Source: Bilabrum cf. latius (Eukaryota). Taken from it: a stretch of DNA of 64,000 bases. The stretch is from the NCBI GenBank assembly GCA_965178125.1, contig OZ237758.1:496001-560000 (forward strand). The letters run 5' to 3'. The notes beneath the pieces are model-generated. The model searched no databases. It was not told the DNA's origin and was given only the letters and a program-made list of their open reading frames with translations. Shown here piece after piece: positions 28,114 through 37,847 of the stretch. The stretch's first letter is position 1, and each line of letters opens with the position of its first letter. A program made the translations under genes and the position numbers.

Positions 28114-28906
28114 GGTGTAGTCTACTATGATTGAAAGTAAGGTCCTTGCAATTTCTTGCAATCGAACAAAGTCTTTTTGGTGATCCATAGAGGCTGTCGC
28201 AGACAATTACGGAACTCGGTGATGCTGGCCTCATCATGGTCGCACGTCGGCGTGAAGTGTGATGTAGGACGTGGCTATCACGTGATCGAGAACTATGTGT
28301 TTTGTTGGAGAATATAAAAAAAAAGTTGTATCAACGGCGCAATTGCGAGCGCTTGCTCTGCATCCATGCCTTGCCATCAGCCCGCTTGCATATGAGATAA
28401 TTCCAGCCGCTTCGCAGGCGGCTACACCTCTCAGAATGCCGAGCGTTGCTGAGCCCAGTTGTATCTCAATGCTATTAAATACGTTCATGCTCCCACCGCA
28501 TGAACCGAAATGGACTGAACGCGGATCATCAGCTGAGCAGTCGCAAGCAGTTTGTTCTTGTGGCCCGTTGCCTCAAGCCCAGCAACGGGGTTACAAATCG
28601 GGCCTTCAGTTGTGAATTTGAGCCGAGCTTGAGCTGCGTGTTGATTCATGCAACGGCACGCAGCTCTTCACCCAACTGTTGGCAACCGATTCGTATTTGA
28701 CCACGAAACGTCGCACGAGGAATAGACCCACCGTTCATCCTCTTGATAGTCTGACTCAATGATATTAACGGCATGAACTTAAGACAGTATCTGCTTTCCT
28801 CTTGAGGTGGTCGCATGGGTTCGCTTCCTCGACATGTCTACGTTCCGGATCATCCCCATCATGACCGCTGTGGCGAATTATTCCTCATCACAGGGGAACT
28901 TGAAGC

Positions 28907-30811
28907 ATGGCAAATCGATGGATAGTGCCATATGTTATTGCACTTACTTGTGCAGGAGCCGTTCGGTCGGCGGTGCCAACGCCAACGCAGCAGCAGCTTG
29001 AGCTTATGGACGTTGGCATCGCCTAGTTTTTGTGCTACAACATAGACCCTTTTGCAAACCCGCACGTAGAGCATAACTGTGTAAATGGACCTCCTTGCTT
29101 AGATTCAACCCTGTTCGCACCTTCCAACCTTTCGACGGACCAGTGGGTAAGCACAGCAAAAGATATGGGAGCAAAGGAGCTATGCCTAACCGTGCATCAC
29201 GAGGGAGGCTTCTGCCTATGGCCTTCCAGCCATTCGAATTACACGATCGCACAATCACCGATTGGCGGGGGTGGGCGCGACATCGTCGGTGAGTTCGTGG
29301 CAAGCTGCAGGAAGCAAGGCGTTCGGCCGTGCTTTTACTGGGGCCCCAACGCGAACGGGCACCTCACGTGGAGCGGAGCGACCGGCGACGAGTTCATTGA
29401 GGCGCAGATGGGCCAGCTGCGAGAGCTGCTGACGAACTACGGCCCGATTTCTCGCCTCTGGTGGGACCACTACAAGCAAGGCCAGGGCGACTCCCACAAG
29501 CTCGCGCCCCACCCGGAAGGTACCTTCCCGGACGCCTGGCTGACGTTCATTGATGCTGTGCGCAAGATTAGCCCGACCACCGTGATTTGTCCTGGTCCCG
29601 ATTGCACCGGCCATCTTGGGGAACAAGGCAGCGGGGGCTACCCCGTGTGGTACGGCTGCGACCCAGTCGCCTGTACCGCGGACAACAAGACCGACTGCGG
29701 GTGCAGCATCGATTCCCACGGGCCCAACAAGACGGCGTTCAAGCCCCTGGAGACTTGCAGCACTCCCTACATCCACCACTGGTGGTTCGCCAACGGCACC
29801 GGCCAGGGCCAGATCGAGTGGAACCTGCTGGACTTCTGGAACTCGTGGAGGCACTCGGTCGGGATAGGGTACGTCAACACCATGAATTCTGCCCCGGGTA
29901 CCACGGGGCAGGCACCCGAGGAACTGGCAGCGGTGCAGGCGCAGCTGGGGAAACTGCTTGCCCCCCTCGCTCTCGAGAACGCGCTGGCAGCCGCCGTGTC
30001 TGCGACCCACCCCCCGCCGGAGGAATGGAAGGAGAAGCGCACGTACACGAGCGCCACGATGTCGGGCAGCTGCGCCGATTTCGTGGTGGAGCTGGACACG
30101 GAAGGGCTAGGGGCCGTGGGGGCGGTTGTAACCAGAGAGGACCTCACCGCCGGGCAGCGGATCCTCTCGTACGGGATCGACTACCTGAGCGAGCAAGGGG
30201 AGTGGGTGGCCTTCCCGGAGTGCTCCAGTTCCGGTTTTGAGTCCATGCAGGAGGCGGCGGCGGCGGCGGCGGCATGGAACGGAATGGACGGGCGGCGGCA
30301 GGGCGCTGGTGCTGGGGACGAGTGGGACGGTCGTGACGAGTGGGTCCAGGAGGTGGCCCGTGAGGATGCGGCCGCTGGCCAGCAGAACTACACTTTGAAG
30401 ATGAACGCGAACAACGTGTACGGGGAAGCAAAGTCCCGAGGGAACACGTCGAGCATCACGTTCGCCGGGGTGCTGCCGAGCTACCAGGACTGCTAGGGGG
30501 CGTGCTCGCTCGCGAGCAGTTGCCTCAGCTTCACATGGGTGGGCGCCACAGGCGACGAGTGGGAGCACCCGTGCTTCCTGCGGAACGACACGAAATGGGA
30601 GCCGAAGGAGCAGGAAGAGCACGTCAGCGGGTACAAGGGGAGTCCGCTCACGGAGTTTTGCGTGCATGCGCAGTCGGTGGGCGCCTTGCTCGTCGACACG
30701 CTGCCTCCGACCAAGGCGAGCAAGGTGCGCTTTCGCTGTGAGAGCAGCTTGGAGGACCCGGTGGCGCTGCGGAGCGTGTCGGCACACGAGTTTTCTCCAC
30801 CGGGAGCATGA
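28907..30811 (+). CDS. Secreted GH29 alpha-L-fucosidase-family protein (634 aa) with a C-terminal F5/8-like domain containing a PAN-like insert; 2 in-frame TAG
   Basis: ATG 28907 gives signal peptide MANRWIVPYVIALTCAGAVRSA, then PTPTQQQ..IAxFLCY (TAG 29024), DQWV..AKDMGAK..LTVHHEGGFCLWPS, QLRELLTNYGPISRLWWD and EDLTAGQRI. TAG 30494 is read through (QDCxGAC); TGA at 30809-30811. Confidence 0.88.
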
Positions 30812-31015
30812 GCACCCGTGGTGTTTCGCGCTGCGGTGCTTGGCGCTGTGTTCCAGTAGCACATGACAAACACGACCATCATGACCTTCAGTGCATCACA
30901 TTGCACATAAGTGTTTTGGCGGAACGATACACCTGATTGAGTCTTTGGACACGTTTTCGCCCTTTCTATCATTCATACTGATAAAGTGAATAAATAGTGG
31001 CGCGGTCAGATCGAA

Positions 31016-33137
31016 ATGCTCCCAATTACCCAGCGAGGATTCGAGGAAGCCAGGGCAGTCCGGTTGGACAGGCATGGCGCCGACCGGATTTGGTGCGATT
31101 GTAAGAATTGCAACTAGTTATATGTTACTTAGTTTACTACATGGAGATTAATAGTCGCCCAAACTCGTGGTACACCCGCCGCCATTACCCGCAGATATGG
31201 GCCTTTGGGCCGACAACAGAAGGCTAAAGAAACGAGTCAACTCGCTGCCGACTGCTTCTGGGAATCATTCATCTGGAGGCTCGGCGGCAGAGCTTGCCGA
31301 GTTGCGCCGGCAGCTGGACGACACACGAGATCGGCTTACCAGAGCCTTGGAGAGCGACGCCACCTCCTCGCGAAAGCGACTGGAAGTCATGGAACAGCTC
31401 GAATCCATCCGTTCTGATGTTCGAACCAGCAGATCTCAAGCTGAAGTATCGAAGAAGGAGCGCGACGAGGCAGTGGCCCGCGCAGCCTCCGCGAGCGAGA
31501 ACGAGGCCAAGCACCGCGAGGCCAACGAGCTCCTGCGCAAGGAGATCGAAACACTGCGGCCCGCCGTGTCCGAGGCGCAGGAGAAACTCCGAGCGGCAGA
31601 GGCCGAGAGGGACGGCTTGATCGAGAAGATGCGGGCAGCCACTGAGGCCCACATGGCCCAGCTGAACGCCATGACCGACGAGCTCAAGACCGTCAGGGCC
31701 AGAGCAGGATCCAGGTCCAGCAGGGGCAGCTCGGACGCTTGGGTGGACGTGAAGACCAGCACGGGGATTGCAGATGGGAGCGAGGGGGAGGCGGCAGGGG
31801 GCAAGGGGGGGAGGTCGCTGTCGGGGGAGGGTGCGGGCGGTGGCCTGGGTGACGCATCTCTGTCCTCGTACGCAGTCCCCGACGTGCCCAGGCGCTTCCA
31901 GTCCTCGGTGAGCGCGCACAAGACGGCGGCCAATGACGTGCAGTTCTCCGAGGACGGATCCTTCGTGTACACTGCGGGTGCTGACGGCAGGGTCTGCGTG
32001 CTGGACGCGGTGACTGGCAAGGTAAGGGGAAACCTCTCCGTTGCCGCTTCTTCGGGGGCCAGCAACCTCATGTGCGTGTCGCAGAGCGGCAGACTCCTCG
32101 CCGCCGGGGGCAGCGACAAGTCGGTCCGTCTGCTCGACCTCAAGACGCAGAAGCAGCGACGAACGTTCACTGAGCACCGCGGCACGGTCCACTCCGTGCT
32201 GTTCGCGAACAAGGGCAGAGTGCTCGTATCTGCGGGTGCAGACAGGTGCATCAAGCTCTGGGACACGGCACAGGCCCGGTGCGCGCGCACGATCAGCACC
32301 CCTTCGATCGTCAACCGAGCGAGCCTCTCCCAGGACGGTCACTACTGCATGTCTGCCCACCAGGACGGGCGGGCCAGGCTGTGGGACCTGCGCAACGGAA
32401 ACATGATGGCAGAGTCGGCGGATGGGACGCACGGGGGTGCGGTGACGTCGGTGTGCTTCTCCCGGGGGGACGGGTCTGCGAGGGTGCTGTCCTCTTGCAG
32501 GGACGGCGTGCTTCGGATGCTCAACGGTCGCACCCTGGAGAGCATCGGCCTGTCCTCGTCCTCGTCCTCGTCATCGTCCGAGGGAGGGGGGGGGGCGAGG
32601 GCGAGGGTTTCCAGCGGCAGCGTGGGGGGATCGCCATCTGCTGCTGGATCCGCGTCTGGAATGAGTCCTCGGTTGTCTGGAGGTATGACGAGTGCGCACT
32701 CGCGGGTCAGCGGGGGGGGTGCTGCCGCTGCCTCGGGTTCCGGTGCTTCCAGCTCCGGGTCATTGCCGGTGGAGGCCCTGGAGTTCCGTCGGCCCGGCTT
32801 TGAGATTCCTTTCAACTGGTGCAAGGCTGCTCTGAGCGGCGGCGGGAAGCATGCCCTGGCTGCGTGCGGCGGTCGGAGGGGCGAGGTGGTGGTGTGGTCT
32901 GCGCAGGACGGGAAGGAGAAGGCCGTGCATGGGCCCAGCTCCAAGCCGGCGCAGTCCATGCTGGCTCGCACCATGATGATGTTCACGGGGTCCGAGAGCG
33001 GTGGGGGCGGCGCGGCGGCGGCTTCCGGGGGCTCGGAGGGCCACAGCTCGAGGGTGATTGCGGTGGCTTGGGCGCCAGACGCTCGCCGCATGGCAAGCTC
33101 TGATGAAGAGGGGAACGTGGTGCTCTGGGGACAGTGA
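31016..33137 (+). CDS. ATG16: ATG16-like protein: N-terminal coiled coil plus WD40 propeller; exons 31016-31100 and 31195-33137
   Basis: Heptad-rich N-terminus, then WD repeats (AHKTAANDVQF, EHRGTVHSV..IKLWD, RARLWD, GHSSRVIAVAW..VVLW). FEIPFNWCKAALS resembles the ATG16L-type DWTR blade. Splicing joins T+AT in frame; ends TGA; no in-frame TAG. Confidence 0.72.
31101..31194 (+). other. Spliceosomal intron (94 nt)
   Basis: GTAAGA...CCCGCAG, AT-rich; removal joins the ATG 31016 frame to the WD40 ORF. Confidence 0.7.
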
Positions 33138-33325
33138 CAACGACGACATTAATTTCTTCCACATACTGCGTGCGCCCCTCTCATTGTGTTGGGGTGGTGG
33201 TGAAAAACATGGTGGCACCATCATCACGACGCTCGTCACGGTCATCACTCCACCACAACGAGCAGGGAATCCTTGAGCGACCAGCGATCACTCCAGCAAC
33301 ACTGACCTCACCATCACGAGCCTGT

Positions 33326-35798
33326 ATGGACGCCGCAAGGCTGGTAACAGTGGCCGGCATCAGCAAGGCAGCCGCACAAAAGTATCTAGACGTGAGAGGG
33401 AGGCGAGCACACGAGAGCATCAGCAATCGGTCTTATTTGGCCCCATGGCACGCATAACTCCTTGGTATTCACCACGACGTCGCTAGTGACTACAAATTTC
33501 AGGAGTGCTGGTATGTATCGCTTTTCTTGCCGGATTGCCATTCTTGAAAGTCGCCCAACCAGCAAGGTCGAATTCGAATCGACCGCACCGAGCACCAGCG
33601 ACGTATCTGCCAGCGCATCCATTCATATGAGAGCACGTGGGAAGCAGATTCGTATTCGATGCTTTTCTTTGCAGGTCTGCGACGGCAACTTTGATTTAGC
33701 GTTGGATTTGGCTCTTCAAGCTGGGGATGGGCAGCAAGCATCACCGCGACCACCGCAGGCAGCAGCCGCAGCGCCGTCGTCATCCTCGCATGTGGCGTCT
33801 GCTGGATCAGGTTTTTCAGCAGGTAATGCATCGGCTCGCAACTCGGCGTACTCGTCATCGGGAGCCTCCTCCGCACCGGCACCTCGAGCCGGGAGGAAGC
33901 GTGGCCGCGGCGGGGGACAGGCTGGCGGCGGAGCAGGATCCAGTGCATCGAGTGGGGGCAGCAGCAGCAGCGGCACAGGCGCTCAAAGTGGCGACGTTTT
34001 CGACGAGGAAGGCGTCAGGCAGGCGGATTCAGCCAGGATGGACCGCCTCTTGTCGCCGCGCTCACTAGGTTCCGCAGGCGTGTCCCGGATCGCGTCTAGC
34101 GCGATGCAGCTGGCCGCGGCCGGAAGGCAGATGACGGTACACCAGCTCAGAGCGGCGGGTTACGAGCCGATGGGAACATACGGGCTGGCCGGCGACTCCG
34201 ACAGGAGCAAGGGCAGAGGCAAAAGGAAGGGCAAGGGGAAGCGCAAGAAGAAGGGCAAAGGGGGCCGCAGAGGAGGGAGGAAGGGCAAAGGGGCGACCAT
34301 CGACCTCGCCAGTGACTCCGACGACGACAGCGATGATGGTCCCTCAGCGATACAGCGGACCATGGCAGCGATGTACCGACCACCTCTGCACCTCATGCTA
34401 GAGTACCCGCTCCGGATCGCTCAGCAGAAGGCGGCATTGGAGGGGCGCTGGCTGCTGGTTGTGCTCATCCCGCCCATGGATTTCAGCTCCATGCGGTTCA
34501 TCCGGGACGTGCTGAAGAATGACAGTGTGACGAGTGTGATCGGCCAGGCGATGCGGCTGTGGATGCAGCCGACCAACAGCGGCGAGGGCAGGCAGGCTGC
34601 CGGGAGGTACGCGAGCGGGGCGGCAAGCATGGGTGCAATGGGCGGCTTAGGTGGGGGGGCCTCGCTCGGTGCTGCGGCCGGACTGCAGGTCCAGTGGCAG
34701 GGGCTGCTGGACCCGAGGACGGGCGAGTGCAAGTCGGTGCGAGAGGGAGCCATGACGGCCGAGCAGCAGACCGAGTGGCTCACCGAGTTTGTGGCGGGCC
34801 AGGAGCCGCTGCCGGGGCAGCTGGCTGGCGGTGCTGGGGCTGCCTCGGCAGCGGCTGCTGGAGGGAACAGCAGCGAGACAGGTGCCGGCGCATCCGGAGC
34901 TGCCGCAGGCGCCGCCTCGTCCTCGTCCGCGTCTGTGGTGGACCCCCGGTAGGCCAAGCGTGCCAGGGTGCGGGGGCCCGACGAGGAAGACGCTGCGATG
35001 CGACGGGCCATCGAGGAGAGCAAGCGCGAGGCCGGTGTGACGAGTGCGATTGACCTGGAGGACAGCGACGACGACGAGGAGGGGGGGGGTGCTGCTGGGT
35101 TCGTCGATGACGAGGACGATGACGAGGACGGTCTGGAGGAGTTCGCGAAAAAGGTGCGGGGCGACCAGGACGACGATGACGACGAGATTGTGGTGGTGCC
35201 TTCGATGGCGGAGAGGAATCGCCTGAAGGGTGCATCGCACGGTGGTGCACAGGGGAGTGGCTCTAGCTCCAGCCAGGGGTCTGCAGCCTCGTCATCGTCC
35301 GGGTCGTCATCGTCTGCGTCATTAGCCGCGTCGGAGAAGCAGGCTAGCGGATCGTCGGGATCCTCATTTGTTCCCTAGGGAACAGTGGAGCAGCTGCTCG
35401 ACGAAGCGAAGACCATGCCGGTGCTTGCGACTGCCGGAGAGGGCAGCGATGGAGGCGATGCGCTGGTTCCCTTGCGCCTGCGGGCCGAGGGCAAGAACCA
35501 TCAGGTGCAGGTGCGAGCGAGCACACCGGCGGCAGTGCTCTACTGGCTGGTGGCTGGGATCACCAAGCGGTCGCATCCGCTGGCGAGTCGGTTCGAGGCA
35601 TGGAGGGCTACAGCTAAGGGTGGTGAGAGCGAGGGCGAGTGGGAGGCAGATGCTAAATTTGATGACAGCGGGGCCGGCTTTGACGTGTTCGTGGGTCGAC
35701 CGCCGGTGAACCTTGGTGACGCCGCAGCGGCTGGCAAGTCCGCGTCGGATGCAGGGCTGGCCCGCACCGCCGTGACCGTGTCTATGAGAGAAGCATAA
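33326..35798 (+). CDS. UBX-family p97/Cdc48 adaptor (UBXN7-like layout: UBA-like, UAS/thioredoxin-like, UIM, C-terminal ubiquitin-like); exons 33326-33391 and 33675-35798; 2 in-frame TAG
   Basis: MDAARLVTVAGISKAAAQKYLD|VCDGNFDLALDLAL (UBA-like), MYRPPLHLM..AQQKAALEGRWLLV..RDVLKNDSV..LLDPRTGE (UAS), DEEDAAMRRAIEESKRE (UIM). TAG at 34950 and 35376 join same-frame ORFs; ends TAA 35796-35798. Confidence 0.82.
33392..33674 (+). other. Spliceosomal intron (283 nt)
   Basis: GTGAGA...CTTTTCTTTGCAG, phase 0; removal restores a contiguous UBA-like domain. Confidence 0.85.
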
Positions 35799-35954
35799 TT
35801 CTTGATTGGTTTCTGCAGTTCACACGCTGCATCTTGTAATGACCCCTCCATTGACTTGGGCGCCAGCAGCCTGTGCCTCTCCGGCGCCGCGCATCTACAG
35901 GCCGTGCGGAACCGAATTGCCGTTGCCTGGTGTGGGGGTGCACTTGATTCAACA

Positions 35955-37699
35955 ATGGCCTGGTTTGGAACCTTCATTGCATGTCTGCTGCCCCACCTAT
36001 TGCAAGCAGTGCAAATATGTCCAATCTTGCCACAGCGGTCACTATAGCACGCTGTCAGTCCTGAACGATACGGGATCAACACAGGATTTCTCTCTGGAAA
36101 ATTCGGCCTCCGAAACGCTTCTGTGCATGCTTCGTTCCGGGCTATGCGGTGTGCTTCGGTGGCCGTGTGGTACTCAGACGTAGCTATGGGACTTGGAAAC
36201 GAACAACTATCTCACCGAGGCGCAAGTGAAACAGATCGTTCAGCCGAAGGGAATAGATTGCGGGAAAGGTCTCTCAAACTTTTGCGATGAGAACTGTAAA
36301 TGCATGGAGAAGAACGACGAACGGATCCGAAGCTTCCCACCAAACACCTTCTCTACGGAGAACTTCACGACCGGCTTCCTCCCGGCAATCCCGCTGTGGA
36401 ACGGCCGTGGGTCCGATCGAACGGCCGTGCAAGCGAACTTCTTCCTGGTTGATCCCCAGGATCCGCTCATGACGAAACAGTTCGAAGCACTTAAACGTGG
36501 TGGGATCACTCCGGGCTCCATGCTCGAGGCGGGCAACGAGTTCTTCTTCAACATCTACAGGGCCACCGTGCCCTCTCCCCAGGAGTACGTCCGCCAGGCG
36601 CTGCCCGCGCTGCAGGAGGTCCAAAGAATCCTGCCCGGGCTGCGGTCGGGACTGCTGCTGGGTTCGACTGGGGCGATGTTCTTCCGGCAGCGGATCAAGG
36701 GCAACGAGCGGCACTCGGGCTGGGACCAGGGCGTGATCGGCGAGGTGCTCGCTCAAGGGGAGCAGGCGCTCAATGCGACCGGGTGGGTGGTGCACCTATA
36801 CGAGCTGGACTGGACCTACGCTACACAGAACCACAGCGAACCTTCGGGCTGGAGAGACTTCGCACTCGCTGCACCGGAGGTGATGGTTCGGCTGGGCGCG
36901 GAGCAGTTCAGGAACAGGCAGAGGCAGACGCCGTGGCTGCCCCTGGAGGCATGGATGCTGGAATGGGCGCCCACTCGTCACACCATTGAGCCCATCTCGT
37001 CCCCGGCGGAGCAGTGGTTCGCGAACCTTCGCTATTCCTGGACCCGGGCTCTGGTTCTGGCTGGGTTCCTGATCTCGTTCGAGCACCAGCACGATGTGGT
37101 GACCAGGGCGGACTACGCGCCCGGGATCGATGACCCAGGGAACAAGAACTGGTTCGGGATCGTCGCGCCGCTCAACGAGTCGGCCGCACTCGTCACAGCA
37201 GAGGGCCAGGTGTTCTCCATGATGGCGCATCTGGCCTCGAAAGCGAGCACGATTGCGCCCCTTCTGGCGAGTCCGCCCTCTCCGGCGGGGGGGGGCCTCT
37301 GGCTGTGCCCCGACTGGGTCCTCTGTGGCGGGCGAGCCTGTCTCCGCCGCAATCACGGGTCTTCAGTACGATGACAACGCGGTGCTGCTGCTCAACAGGG
37401 GCTCTGCTGCGCAGCAAGTTGGCCTGAACTCAACGGATCTATGCCGGGGTGCTGGGCGTGCCGGCGGGCGGGATTTCGGAAGCCTCGAGACGGTGGTGCT
37501 GCAGGCACCCGACGCGTCCAACCCCGAGGCCCCGCTGGGTTACCATGTCGTGGACGTGGGGACAGCGGGCGACCCCACGGGCCTGCCGTTCACCGGCCCT
37601 GCTGGTGTGACGAGTGCGAGCGCGTCGTGCGGTGGGTCGGGTGGCTCGGGGGGCGTGCTCGTTCCTGCCTACAGCGTCGTTGTGGTCCGACGGAGCTGA
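35955..37699 (+). pseudogene. Clan GH-A glycoside hydrolase (GH51/GH79-like) with two apparent frameshifts (pseudogene or assembly indels)
   Basis: Signal peptide and VSPERYGIN in the ATG 35955 frame; VLRWPCGT, acid/base motif LEAGNEF, nucleophile-like WMLEW and ALVLAGFLISFEHQHDVVTRADY in the next frame; C-terminal LLLNRG..VPAYSVVVVR in a third frame. Shifts near 36144-36150 and in the G9 run 37287-37295; ends TGA. Confidence 0.6.
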
Positions 37700-37847
37700 C
37701 GAATTATACAACAGATTTTGTAAAGCAAGAGGTCCATGCCGTTCCAGGGATCAAGTTTCATCATTTTGCTCCCCTGCTGATGCGTGCACTGCACTGTAGC
37801 ACGGTTGCAGGCCCCGCCTCGACACACAACGTTGCAACCAATACGCA

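Noticed and set aside
28800-28860. T-loop-like gggttcgcttcc as a possible suppressor tRNA
   Set aside because: No convincing cloverleaf or CUA anticodon arm could be folded by eye; no tRNA gene is supported in this window.
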